Below, one piece after another: positions 1 through 8,305 of a DNA stretch of 64,000 bases (position 1 is the stretch's first letter; each line of letters opens with the position of its first letter). The DNA lies in IMG/VR virus record IMGVR_UViG_3300028797_000098, positions 38,321 to 102,320 of that record; one strand, 5' to 3'. The notes under the pieces were generated by a model, which ran no database searches, was not told the origin of the DNA, and worked only from the letters and a program-made list of their open reading frames with translations. A program made the position numbers and the translations under genes. The stretch comes from a virus. Its lineage: Duplodnaviria; Heunggongvirae; Uroviricota; Caudoviricetes.

Positions 1-1497
1 GAACGCCGTGGCCTCTCCTTTATTGGCTATCTCATTGTAAAGGGTAGCCCGAATACCACCCAGTCTGCAGATATTGACACCCTTATCAGCCTTGGCTTTG
101 AAGTTCCGGAACACCATGTTGTTGAACATGTTGTGCAGTTCACCGCAGTTGCCGAAGGCATGCGTGAACGCCGCTTTGAACAGGCCTATCCGATTGACGG
201 TGTGGTCATCAAGGTGAACGACAAGAACCGTCAGCCGGAACTGGGCTACACTGCCAAGTCCCCGAACTTCTATCGTGCTTACAAGTTCCCGCCCGAGGAA
301 AAGGAAACCGAACTCGTCGATATTGAACCGTCAGTTGGCATGTCCGGTGCAAATACACCTGTATGCATCGTCAAACCAGTACATCTTGCTATGACTACGG
401 TCTCCCGCATTTCTGGACATAACTGGGATACCGTTGAATATCTTGGCCTTTACAAGGGATGCCACGTGGTCATCCGTAAGGCCGGTGAGATTATTCCGGA
501 ACTTGTTAAGTGTGTTGAAACAGGACGAAGCAAGGATGACTATGAAGTCATTCGCGACCAGTATGATCGTCATAAACCGGAACCGATTCCACACGTCGAG
601 CCGTATAATGGACTAACCGCCGGCGAACGCTACATGCGCCCGAAGGTCTGTCCGTTCTGCGGTGCTGAATTGAAATATGCGGTGAACGCCGAAGGTCGTG
701 AATTGGTTGCTTGGATTTGCGACAATGAAAACTGTACGTCCCAATTTGTGTTGAAACTTGCAAATTTTGCCTCCCGTGACTGCATGAACATCATGGGTGT
801 GGGCGAAAGCATGGCCGAATTGCTTTTCGAGGCGGGTAAGGTCCGTTCCTTTGACCAGCTCTACACGCTTACCAAGGAAGACTTGGTTGGCCTCGGCAAC
901 ATCCGTGAAAAGAGCGCCGTGAAGATTATTGCGGCAATCGCGAAGACCAAGGACAACTACCTGCATCAGCTTATTGAAGGGTTCTCCATTCAGGGGCTCG
1001 GACATCAGGCGTCTCCGGTGGTTGCATCCTGCGTGTCTAAGGCGGGCGGCTTCAGGTCCTTCGTGTCCTCTGAACCTGGAACCTCCGCCAAATTCTTGGG
1101 TGATTTCGTCGACTTTGCAAAGGAAGGGGGCGTAAGCGATATCATCATGACCCGTTTCGTCACGTTCATTAACCAGAACAAGGAAATGATTGCCAAGATG
1201 GTTGAGCTCGGCGTGGCCCAGAAGGTCAAGGAAGCCCAGAGCATGAAACTTGCTGGAAAGGTATGCATCATGACCGGTACGTTCTCCAAGCTTGACCGTG
1301 ACGTGTTCAAGGATATGGTAGTGTCCAACGGGGGTACAATCTGCTCTTCCATTACGAAGAAGTGCAACCTTGTGCTCCTTGGCGACAATGCCGGCCCGAA
1401 GAAGATTAAGGCTATTGATGAGTATCAGAAGGCCGGCCAGAAGATTGATGTGTACACCCCTGAAACATTGGATGAATTCTTGAAACTGTTGGACTAG
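1..1497 (+). CDS. ligA: NAD+-dependent DNA ligase (LigA-type), 5' end outside window
   Basis: Frame 1 is open from nt 1. Cys4 zinc finger (VCPFCGAEL...WICDNENC), HhH region and C-terminal BRCT-like segment (KVCIMTGTFSKLDRDVFKD...NLVLLGDNAGPKKIKA) in LigA order. Confidence 0.8.
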   Translation, partial: ERRGLSFIGYLIVKGSPNTTQSADIDTLISLGFEVPEHHVVEHVVQFTAVAEGMRERRFEQAYPIDGVVIKVNDKNRQPELGYTAKSPNFYRAYKFPPEEKETELVDIEPSVGMSGANTPVCIVKPVHLAMTTVSRISGHNWDTVEYLGLYKGCHVVIRKAGEIIPELVKCVETGRSKDDYEVIRDQYDRHKPEPIPHVEPYNGLTAGERYMRPKVCPFCGAELKYAVNAEGRELVAWICDNENCTSQFVLKLANFASRDCMNIMGVGESMAELLFEAGKVRSFDQLYTLTKEDLVGLGNIREKSAVKIIAAIAKTKDNYLHQLIEGFSIQGLGHQASPVVASCVSKAGGFRSFVSSEPGTSAKFLGDFVDFAKEGGVSDIIMTRFVTFINQNKEMIAKMVELGVAQKVKEAQSMKLAGKVCIMTGTFSKLDRDVFKDMVVSNGGTICSSITKKCNLVLLGDNAGPKKIKAIDEYQKAGQKIDVYTPETLDEFLKLLD

Positions 1498-1501
1498 CAA
1501 G

Positions 1502-1852
1502 ATGCGGAATCTCGGACAGACAATGATGCGCCATGGATACCAGGCGACTTTCATCAAGGTGGACTGTTATGGAAATCTCGCCCTGCTGTATGCCATCATG
1601 GATGAACGCCATATCCAGATTTGCGATCATGTCTGGGTCCGGGTGGGCCCATGGTGCGAACAACTGGAACCTGGGTCGGTGATAACATTCACTGCGGTCC
1701 CAATCAAGTATGTAAAACAGAATCAGCATACGACCCATCAGCTTGAAGTCGATGTTACCCTGAGTGACATCGAGGACATGCGAAAGGTGGGTGAAATTGA
1801 AATACACAAGGTGGAATACGAGCTACCGGAGGAATCGGATGACCAAGGATGA
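1502..1852 (+). CDS. hypothetical protein
   Basis: 116-aa ORF packed against neighbours. Confidence 0.4.
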   Translation: MRNLGQTMMRHGYQATFIKVDCYGNLALLYAIMDERHIQICDHVWVRVGPWCEQLEPGSVITFTAVPIKYVKQNQHTTHQLEVDVTLSDIEDMRKVGEIEIHKVEYELPEESDDQG

Positions 1853-2090
1853 TTTTACCAAGCGCCTGATTGAACTGGGGTTCACGCATGACGGCAATGA
1901 TTTTTCAAAGGATATCCTGGTGTTTCGTCAGAATGATGCCGAGAACCGGTTTGAGGTGTTCTACAAGGCTAGTTCCAATTGCCCCGAGACGCCTCCAGCA
2001 TATTTGTATGAAGAACTCTACCGAGATATGAAACAGAATGCGTTTGACTATTACGTGAATAATCTGTATGAGGCTATAAAGGAGTTTTAA
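1839..2090 (+). CDS. hypothetical protein
   Basis: ATG after GGAGG. Trimmed from the track ORF 1764-2090. Confidence 0.4.
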   Translation: MTKDDFTKRLIELGFTHDGNDFSKDILVFRQNDAENRFEVFYKASSNCPETPPAYLYEELYRDMKQNAFDYYVNNLYEAIKEF

Positions 2091-2306
2091 ATGAACGAGC
2101 ACAAAACCGCAATCATAGGCGACATTCGTAATGGAGTCTATATCAAGCTTAGTGCAAAATCTAAGTGTGTTCACGAGAAGGTTGGCAATCCGGCACCGGC
2201 TGATGATACCGGTGAACTCGTTGTTATGATTGAAAATGTGAAAACATCGGCTATCAGGTGGATTCCGGTGGAACAGCGGGTATATCTTGCAGAGGAGTAC
2301 AACTAA
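2091..2306 (+). CDS. hypothetical protein
   Basis: 71-aa ORF. Its stop overlaps the next start. Confidence 0.35.
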   Translation: MNEHKTAIIGDIRNGVYIKLSAKSKCVHEKVGNPAPADDTGELVVMIENVKTSAIRWIPVEQRVYLAEEYN

Positions 2307-2551
2307 TGGATATCGTTCGTGAAGGCACTACCAAGAAGATCCGTTTCGTGTGCGAGGAATGCGACTGCATTTTCGATGCCGACCTCGGAGAGGCCAAGGT
2401 CACCCGTCAGGGTCGGGGTGCGTTTGATTACGTGAACTATACGTGTCGGTGCCCGCATTGCGGCTATTCCTGCGACAAGACGGTAAATATCCACTGTCCC
2501 GAACAGCGCATGCAGGCCATAGGTGCATACGGCATTGAAATCAAAGTGTAA
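2306..2551 (+). CDS. zinc-ribbon protein (two CxxC pairs)
   Basis: AGGAG then ATG. Motifs CEECDC...CRCPHCGYSC. Confidence 0.45.
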   Translation: MDIVREGTTKKIRFVCEECDCIFDADLGEAKVTRQGRGAFDYVNYTCRCPHCGYSCDKTVNIHCPEQRMQAIGAYGIEIKV

Positions 2552-2721
2552 TAGTTTTACAGCATGACTATGACTTCACATAAGTTGGCTAAATTGCTCC
2601 TGGAACAGCCCGACATCGAGGTAAGGTGTCTGGGTAATACCGAGGAGTTCGGCGTAGAGGAAGTTGGTGATTGGAACGGTGAGTTCGTGTATGTCGCCAT
2701 TCATCATTGCGAGGTGGACCC

Positions 2722-3276
2722 ATGTTCGTAAGGCATCTCGTAACTCCTGAGTTGGTTGGGAAGGCACATGAACTGTTTGCCACAATTTTTCCCGACGAAC
2801 ACCTATATGATGAGGGTGGTCCGTTGAAGAGCTGTTTCGAGCTCTCGTGCGACCCGTCTCATGACCCCAATGACATCTGGCATTATTACCTGTGGAGCGA
2901 CAGTACCCCGGATTGCCCGATGGGTAAGTTCATCGGCATGTCCGGCATCTATACCGAGGCGTCCGATCCGGAAAGCGCGTGGCTCGGGTGGATTGGCGTG
3001 CTGCCCGAGTACCGTCGGGAACGGTTTGCCACCAGGATGCTGAACGCATTTGCCGAGGAGTGCAGGGAACTTGGTTTCAAGTATGCCCGCATCTACACCA
3101 ACGAGAACAACACCCCGGCCCGGAAATGCTACCTGTTCAATGACTATACCGAGGAAAAGTACAATGGCCCTACCCCGGACTATGTGCTGACCGGTGGCCC
3201 GATTTGGATCTATTCCAGGTCGCTATATCCTGAAAATGAACTAGTGCTTTGGAACGATAGGCACCTGGACTTCTAG
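2722..3276 (+). CDS. GNAT-family N-acetyltransferase
   Basis: GAGGTGG SD then ATG. Acetyl-CoA-binding-like segment WIGVLPEYRRERFATRMLNAFAEECRELGF. Confidence 0.5.
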   Translation: MFVRHLVTPELVGKAHELFATIFPDEHLYDEGGPLKSCFELSCDPSHDPNDIWHYYLWSDSTPDCPMGKFIGMSGIYTEASDPESAWLGWIGVLPEYRRERFATRMLNAFAEECRELGFKYARIYTNENNTPARKCYLFNDYTEEKYNGPTPDYVLTGGPIWIYSRSLYPENELVLWNDRHLDF

Positions 3277-3323
3277 TAAAATCTTATAAATCTGTCCCCA
3301 GATACAATAAGGGATGGTTTACC

Positions 3324-4274
3324 GTGGAATTCTCTAAGTACCTCAAAATTCTTGAATCAATGGCCGTTGACTCCAGCAGCCGCAGTCTTTGTGAGGCTGC
3401 TGCCGATGAAATGATGTCCACCGATGTTGGTGCGGATACGACTATCAATACCTATATGATAAATGTGGGTACTGAATTCCGTAAGATGATGCTCGACATG
3501 GGCAAGGATATTACTGAATATGCTGTCAACGAAGCATTCAAGAAGAATAGCGACTATGTATTCAGTGCTTTCGAGGATGGTGTATCCGCGAAGACGGTTG
3601 CAGCAAAGCTATATGGTGATGCACTGAGTGTTCCTCCGAAGGCATCCTACGTGGAACCAGTCCATTACACATCGTCACCCGAAGGCGAGTCCTTTGAAAA
3701 ACATCAGTTCCCGATGGTTGCCGAAAGCGTCGGCTCTATTACTGACTACGTGAAGAAGAATGCTATCGGGCTTGCAATCGCAGCAGCGCTTGGTGCCGGT
3801 GGTATGGCCGGTATCCCGAAGGCGTTTGATGCGGCTAAGGATGTAAAGCACAATATTCAAGAACAGATAGTTAAAGATGATAACGAAATGCAGGTAGTCA
3901 ACCAGGTTGCCCAATGGAACCTGAGCGGCCAAAATATTGGCAACAAGAAGGGCTGGCGGTATGTTGACTACAAGGATAAGCCAGGCATCTATGGCCCGCA
4001 TTTCAAGAATGTATCACTTGCTGATCTGGAACATGAAAATAGTCCAAGAACGCACGAGCCGCTGCAGATCGGCTGGTATGTCAGCGGAGACGGTAAGCAG
4101 GTATTTTCCACGGTCACCGGCAAGTATTTCAAGCTCAACAAGTCTTTCTATGACAATAATTTCACCCGTAATGACCTTGGGGAGGCAGCGGGTGTCGGCG
4201 CCCGGTATATCCTGCCTGTCAACGATTGCTATGACTGGGACCTTGACAAATATTATGGCGAGGGGAACTGGTAA
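3324..4274 (+). CDS. hypothetical protein
   Basis: 316-aa ORF, GTG start as called by the track. Confidence 0.45.
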   Translation: MEFSKYLKILESMAVDSSSRSLCEAAADEMMSTDVGADTTINTYMINVGTEFRKMMLDMGKDITEYAVNEAFKKNSDYVFSAFEDGVSAKTVAAKLYGDALSVPPKASYVEPVHYTSSPEGESFEKHQFPMVAESVGSITDYVKKNAIGLAIAAALGAGGMAGIPKAFDAAKDVKHNIQEQIVKDDNEMQVVNQVAQWNLSGQNIGNKKGWRYVDYKDKPGIYGPHFKNVSLADLEHENSPRTHEPLQIGWYVSGDGKQVFSTVTGKYFKLNKSFYDNNFTRNDLGEAAGVGARYILPVNDCYDWDLDKYYGEGNW

Positions 4275-4663
4275 TGTCAGCTGATGCACCGAACATGATA
4301 GTCTTCGGTGGACGCTCCGAAGCTGTGCAGGAACCGGGCATGGACGCGGTTACCATGTTTAACCGCATGGCCATGGAAAATCCGGTATATGGCCGTAACC
4401 TGGTCCTGGAACGGCTTGCGACATTTGATAATAGCGCCCGGTTCTCGACGGATGACGAGACAGAACTGGATGCCTATGTGCAGACCCTGTTCCTTGAACC
4501 ACTGGGTGAGCACGGTTATGATGTGAATGGCGATTCATATGGTGATTTCAAGAAGATGCAGGCTGAACTGACTGGACAGGAATATGTCCCGGAAGATGCT
4601 TATGCCGAAAGTGCGGAAGATTTCATGAATTCATTCAGTCTCATATTCGGCAGTCGCGCATAA
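4274..4663 (+). CDS. hypothetical protein
   Basis: ATG overlaps the upstream stop. Followed by a terminator hairpin. Confidence 0.45.
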   Translation: MSADAPNMIVFGGRSEAVQEPGMDAVTMFNRMAMENPVYGRNLVLERLATFDNSARFSTDDETELDAYVQTLFLEPLGEHGYDVNGDSYGDFKKMQAELTGQEYVPEDAYAESAEDFMNSFSLIFGSRA

Positions 4664-4697
4664 TACGCAATGAACATTTGCTATTGAAATAGTTTTA

Positions 4698-4724
4698 CCC
4701 CGGATAACAACCGGGGTTATTTTT
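4698..4724 (+). terminator. rho-independent terminator
   Basis: CCCCGG-ataacaa-CCGGGG followed by TTATTTTT. Confidence 0.55.
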
Positions 4725-5591
4725 ATGACAATGGATGAATATGTCGCTGCATTGCACGAAATGAGTGTCCGTCTGGATATTCGTTGGTCGAAGGCACGTC
4801 TTGAACAGTATGCAAAGACCAATTACACCAGAAACGTGCTTCTAGTCAAGCCGAGCCTGTATTACACGCTGTTCAGGATGCCATGGCATTTCCTGTGCAC
4901 CCCGTTCAACAGGTTGATGAACTGGATTGGTGACCATATGCCGCTATACGATTATGATAATAGGCCGATGGATGACGGTTACATCCACTTTACTGCGATG
5001 TTGAAAATGGCCGGATTCGTGCCTTTGCAGGATTATGGCTGGCATGTCGTCGATGCCAAGCCGGTGTGCAACATGGAACCGGAACTGTTCAAGAAGTATT
5101 TCCGTTCCCAACGGATGGCAACTAGGATGATGTCAATGAATAGGGCTGAAGAATTCCTGGATGCACTCTATTCTGACTACGTGGAAAAGCATCATATCTA
5201 TGAATTTGGCAAGTACCATAGGTTCACCACGAAGCAAAGGGAAAAGATACTCAATATAATTGCCAAGGCTGATCCTGCAAAGTCTTATATCTCAATCAAT
5301 AATAGTTCGAGCGCTGGTTTCCCAGGTGAAAAATACCGGGCCAATTTTAACATAGATGATACCCGTTATTTGTACATCAGCGTCGCAGGGCCGTTGGCAA
5401 CTCCGGAAGGCGCCCCGAAGGTAATTGTGAAAACTTCGTGGACAAAGATCATTGACGACAACGACGTGTTCAAGCATCAGACATGGTTCAACGGTGACTG
5501 CATCGGGTGGCTCACGAGACGGATGGATGAACTGGAACCGGAGTACAAGAAGGCTCACCCGGAGTTCTCGCCTGGCCATGCGGAAGATTAA
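4725..5591 (+). CDS. hypothetical protein
   Basis: 288-aa ORF that starts immediately after the terminator. Confidence 0.5.
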   Translation: MTMDEYVAALHEMSVRLDIRWSKARLEQYAKTNYTRNVLLVKPSLYYTLFRMPWHFLCTPFNRLMNWIGDHMPLYDYDNRPMDDGYIHFTAMLKMAGFVPLQDYGWHVVDAKPVCNMEPELFKKYFRSQRMATRMMSMNRAEEFLDALYSDYVEKHHIYEFGKYHRFTTKQREKILNIIAKADPAKSYISINNSSSAGFPGEKYRANFNIDDTRYLYISVAGPLATPEGAPKVIVKTSWTKIIDDNDVFKHQTWFNGDCIGWLTRRMDELEPEYKKAHPEFSPGHAED

Positions 5592-5593
5592 AA

Positions 5594-5616
5594 ATGATGT
5601 AAATTTCTTTTTACAT
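5594..5616 (+). terminator. hairpin terminator
   Basis: ATGTAAA-tttcttt-TTACAT followed by AAAAAG. Confidence 0.4.
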
Positions 5617-5871
5617 AAAAAGTTTCAAAAAAGCCTTGAAAATCCATCATTTTTATTCTACTATTGCTATAAACAATATGACGAATAGCCAATTTGGGCG
5701 CGAATGTGTTCAAATAAGCTATGAAAGAGAATTTACTATGAAACAACAACTGTCACACTTAGATTATCGCACGATGAGTTTTGCATTGGCAGAACGTAAT
5801 CTCGGTTGCGCCAAGAAAATGGGACAGTTGCACTGGTAAAAATTCCTTATAAAAGGTTAGGTTGATAAGGA

Positions 5872-5905
5872 ACCAGGTTGCAACAAAAGAGCAACCTGGT
5901 TTTTT
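5872..5905 (+). terminator. strong rho-independent terminator before the tRNA array
   Basis: ACCAGGTTGC-aacaaaagag-CAACCTGGT (10-bp stem) followed by TTTTTT. Confidence 0.7.
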
Positions 5906-5920
5906 AATTACCTACCATTT

Positions 5921-5995
5921 GGGTTTGTAGCTCAGTTTTGGCAGAGCGCCTGCCCTGCAAGCAGGAGGTCGCGGATTCGAATTCCGCCAGATCCA
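5921..5995 (+). tRNA. tRNA-Ala(TGC)
   Basis: Cloverleaf read by eye. G3:U70 present. Anticodon loop ccTGCaa. T-loop TTCGAAT. No encoded CCA. Confidence 0.7.
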
Positions 5996-6053
5996 CTAAC
6001 GCTTGGCTCGTGAAGCCTCGCAGCAGATTGACATTTCGGATGACTTTTATTAT

Positions 6054-6129
6054 GGGCCATTAGCTCAGTTTTGGTAGAGCGCCTGCATGGCATGCAGGAG
6101 GTCATCGGTTCGAGTCCGATATCGGTCCA
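6054..6129 (+). tRNA. tRNA-Ala(GGC)
   Basis: Anticodon loop atGGCat. G3:U70 only if one nt bulges in the 3' acceptor strand. Confidence 0.55.
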
Positions 6130-6138
6130 GTACACTAT

Positions 6139-6214
6139 GGGTCATTAGCTCAGTTTTGGTAGAGCACTTCGTTCGCATCGAAGAGGTCGTCGGTTCGAGC
6201 CCGACATCGATCCA
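6139..6214 (+). tRNA. tRNA-Ala(CGC)
   Basis: Anticodon loop ttCGCat. Same 3'-acceptor bulge as the previous tRNA. Confidence 0.55.
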
Positions 6215-6218
6215 CTAT

Positions 6219-6290
6219 GCTCCATTAGCTTAACTGGAAGAGCACCCGGCTACGAACCGGACGATTGGGATTCGACTTCCTGATGGAGCA
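6219..6290 (+). tRNA. tRNA-Arg(ACG)
   Basis: Perfect acceptor GCTCCAT/ATGGAGC. Anticodon loop ctACGaa. Confidence 0.65.
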
Positions 6291-6299
6291 CTACTTTAT

Positions 6300-6373
6300 G
6301 GGACCTTAGAATACGCTGGCTAGTTCATCGCCCTTTCACGGCGGGGAACCGGGATCGACACCCGGAGGTCCTA
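6300..6373 (+). tRNA. tRNA-Glu(TTC)
   Basis: Anticodon arm CGCCCTTTCACGGCGG identical to E. coli tRNA-Glu. Anticodon loop ctTTCac. Confidence 0.7.
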
Positions 6374-6445
6374 CTAAATGGATTTTGGAGCAGTATCCAT
6401 CCGGCTTTGCCGGGAAGCAACCTAGGTTGCATCGTGCTCCACCAT

Positions 6446-6519
6446 CCTCATCTATATCAATTGGTTAGATAGCTACTCTGATAAGGTAGAGGTTCCTGAT
6501 TCGAGCTCAGGGGTGAGGA
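6446..6519 (+). tRNA. tRNA-Ile(GAT)
   Basis: Acceptor CCTCATC/GGTGAGG. Anticodon loop ctGATaa. T-loop TTCGAGC. Confidence 0.65.
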
Positions 6520-6523
6520 CTAT

Positions 6524-6596
6524 GGGTCTGTAGCTTAAGAGGAAGAGCGTCCGGTTTGCACCCGGTTGGTATGGTTTCGAGCACCATCAGTATCCA
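6524..6596 (+). tRNA. tRNA-Ala(TGC), second copy
   Basis: Anticodon loop ttTGCac. G3:U70 with a 1-nt bulge in the 3' acceptor strand. Confidence 0.5.
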
Positions 6597-6613
6597 CGAT
6601 TTTAATTCTATAT

Positions 6614-6686
6614 GCACCATTAGCTCAGTTGGTAGAGCAGTTGCCTCTTAAGCATCGGGTCCAAGGTCCGAGTCCTTGATGGTGCA
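6614..6686 (+). tRNA. tRNA-Lys(CTT)
   Basis: Perfect acceptor GCACCAT/ATGGTGC. Anticodon loop ctCTTaa. Confidence 0.65.
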
Positions 6687-6698
6687 CGAAGAAATTAT

Positions 6699-6773
6699 TG
6701 CGGTGTAGCTCAGTCCGGTCAGAGCAGCGGAATCATAATCCGTTGGTCGAAGGTTCAAATCCTTCTTCCGCAA
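6699..6773 (+). tRNA. tRNA-Met or Ile2 (CAT)
   Basis: U1:A72. Anticodon loop atCATaa. T-loop TTCAAAT. Confidence 0.6.
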
Positions 6774-6886
6774 CGATGCAGCCCGGCAGTTAAAGAATGC
6801 CGGTCCCGACAAAGATAAGGTCGGTCGGTATAAAGCGCCGAAACAACATAAGAACCTAAAGCACCGGGGGCTGCGTTAAACATTTT

Positions 6887-6960
6887 GGGGGCGTGGTGAA
6901 GAGGCTCAACACAGCGGTCTGTCTAACCGCCATTCGCGGGTTCGAACCCCGCCGCTCTCG
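6887..6960 (+). tRNA. tRNA-Asp(GTC)
   Basis: Anticodon arm GCGGT-ctGTCta-ACCGC. Acceptor with two G:U pairs. T-loop TTCGAAC. Confidence 0.55.
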
Positions 6961-6964
6961 TTAT

Positions 6965-7039
6965 ACTCGGTTAGCTCAGTTGGTCCAGAGCGGCTGCCTT
7001 ACAAGCAGCGGGTCAGCGGTTCGACTCCGTTATCGAGTA
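6965..7039 (+). tRNA. tRNA-Val(TAC)
   Basis: Anticodon loop ctTACaa. D-loop agttggtcca. Confidence 0.65.
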
Positions 7040-7048
7040 CGAAATTAT

Positions 7049-7120
7049 AGGGATTTAGGACAGTGGCTAGTCTAGCGCTCTCCAAAAGCGTCTACGGGAG
7101 TTCGAGTCTCTCAGTCCCTG
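7049..7120 (+). tRNA. tRNA-Trp(CCA)
   Basis: Anticodon loop ctCCAaa. T-loop TTCGAGT. Confidence 0.65.
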
Positions 7121-7132
7121 CGAAATTTTTAT

Positions 7133-7215
7133 GGGTGTGCCGAAGAGTTGGAGATCTTCTTCGGTCTGTAAAACCGACGGCTACGCCTTTGATGGTCCGA
7201 ATCCATCCACACCCA
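7133..7215 (+). tRNA. tRNA-Tyr(GTA), class II
   Basis: Perfect acceptor GGGTGTG/CACACCC. Anticodon loop ctGTAaa. 13-nt variable arm. Confidence 0.7.
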
Positions 7216-7226
7216 CTATTCTTTAT

Positions 7227-7299
7227 TCCACCTTAGCTCAGTAGGTAGAGCGGGCGACTGTTAATCGCCTGGTCCCACGTTCGAGTCGTGGAGGTGGAG
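7227..7299 (+). tRNA. tRNA-Asn(GTT)
   Basis: Acceptor TCCACCT/AGGTGGA. Anticodon loop ctGTTaa. Confidence 0.7.
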
Positions 7300-7306
7300 C
7301 TAATAT

Positions 7307-7382
7307 TGCCGATTAGCCAAGCGGTAAGGCGCCGCGCTCTGAACGCGGGATTCTTTCGGTGGTTCGATCCCATCATCGGCAA
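7307..7382 (+). tRNA. tRNA-Gln(CTG)
   Basis: U1:A72. Anticodon loop ctCTGaa. Unusually long 9-nt variable region. Confidence 0.5.
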
Positions 7383-7393
7383 CTAAATTTTAT

Positions 7394-7464
7394 GCACCTA
7401 TGTTGTAGTGGTAGCAAACGACCTTGCCATGGTTGAAGCTCCGGATCGTACCCGGATAGGTGCT
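7394..7464 (+). tRNA. tRNA-Gly(GCC)
   Basis: Perfect acceptor GCACCTA/TAGGTGC. Anticodon loop ttGCCat. Confidence 0.7.
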
Positions 7465-7468
7465 CTAT

Positions 7469-7553
7469 CTCGTCGTGGGGGAATTTGGTAGACCCGCCAG
7501 CTTGAGGGGTTGGTGTTGAAATACACGTGGTGGTTCGAGACCACTCGACGAGA
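7469..7553 (+). tRNA. tRNA-Leu(GAG), class II
   Basis: Anticodon loop ttGAGgg. Long variable arm. Confidence 0.6.
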
Positions 7554-7566
7554 CTAACTTTAACAA

Positions 7567-7651
7567 CGCCCAGTGATGGAATTGGGTAGACAATGCGGAC
7601 TTAAAATCCGCAGCGAGTATTCGCGTGCCGGTTCGATGCCGGTCTGGGCGA
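7567..7651 (+). tRNA. tRNA-Leu(TAA), class II
   Basis: Perfect acceptor CGCCCAG/CTGGGCG. Anticodon loop ctTAAaa. Variable-arm stem GCGA/TCGC. Confidence 0.6.
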
Positions 7652-7725
7652 CTACAAGGGACAATGAATATGAAACGAAAATACAAACGATTATGATGGT
7701 GACGACTGCCAATTCAGTCGTGTCG

Positions 7726-7798
7726 GCTCCATTAACTCAGAAGATAGAGTACCGCCCTTTTAAGGCGGGAGTCGAGATGGCGGAATTCTCATGGAGCA
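7726..7798 (+). tRNA. tRNA-Lys(TTT)
   Basis: Perfect acceptor GCTCCAT/ATGGAGC. Anticodon loop ctTTTaa. Non-canonical T-loop GGCGGAA. Confidence 0.5.
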
Positions 7799-7805
7799 CT
7801 ATAAT

Positions 7806-7876
7806 GCACCTATGGTGTAGCGGTAACACGGCAGTCTTCCAAACTGCACTCGCCAGTTCGATTCTGACTAGGTGCT
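7806..7876 (+). tRNA. tRNA-Gly(TCC)
   Basis: Same acceptor as tRNA-Gly(GCC). Anticodon loop ctTCCaa. Confidence 0.65.
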
Positions 7877-7885
7877 TTATTATAC

Positions 7886-7967
7886 CGATCTGTGGCGGAA
7901 AGCATACGCAACGCACTCAAAATGCGTCGTCCGAAAGGAATTGTGGGTTCGTGTCCCACCAGATCGA
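7886..7967 (+). tRNA. tRNA-Leu(CAA), class II
   Basis: Perfect acceptor CGATCTG/CAGATCG. Anticodon loop ctCAAaa. Long variable arm. Confidence 0.6.
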
Positions 7968-7971
7968 CTAT

Positions 7972-8056
7972 CGGCATGTGGCGTAACTGGTAGCCGCGCT
8001 GCGTTCAGGGCGCAGTGTACATTTGTACGTGATGGGTTCGAATCCCTCTGTGCCGA
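7972..8056 (+). tRNA. tRNA-Leu(CAG), class II
   Basis: Anticodon loop ttCAGgg. Variable-arm hairpin GTACA/TGTAC. Weak T-stem. Confidence 0.5.
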
Positions 8057-8061
8057 CTTAT

Positions 8062-8133
8062 GGCCCCTTAGACCAGCGGTTAAGTCACAGGATTCTCATT
8101 CCTGGCACCCGAGTTCGAGCCTCGGAGGGGCTA
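8062..8133 (+). tRNA. tRNA-Glu(CTC)
   Basis: Anticodon loop ttCTCat. T-arm CCGAG-TTCGAGC-CTCGG. Confidence 0.6.
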
Positions 8134-8137
8134 CTAT

Positions 8138-8210
8138 TGGGCCGTGGTGCAATTGGTAGCACGCAAGATTTTGAGTCTTGATGTTGTTGGTTCAAGTCCA
8201 GCCAGCTCAA
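8138..8210 (+). tRNA. tRNA-Gln(TTG)
   Basis: U1:A72. Anticodon arm CAAGA-ttTTGag-TCTTG. Confidence 0.6.
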
Positions 8211-8213
8211 TTC

Positions 8214-8296
8214 CCCGAGGTGGCGGAATGGTAGACGCGCCTGCCTTAGGAGCAGGTGCCCGGAAGGGCGTGCAGGTTCGAGTCCTGTCCTCGGGA
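8214..8296 (+). tRNA. tRNA-Leu(TAG), class II
   Basis: Perfect acceptor CCCGAGG/CCTCGGG. Anticodon loop ctTAGga. Long variable arm. Confidence 0.6.
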
Positions 8297-8305
8297 TAAT
8301 GATAT

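Noticed and set aside
613-1557. 314-aa minus-strand ORF
   Set aside because: Antisense to the LigA gene, which has clear zinc-finger and BRCT features.
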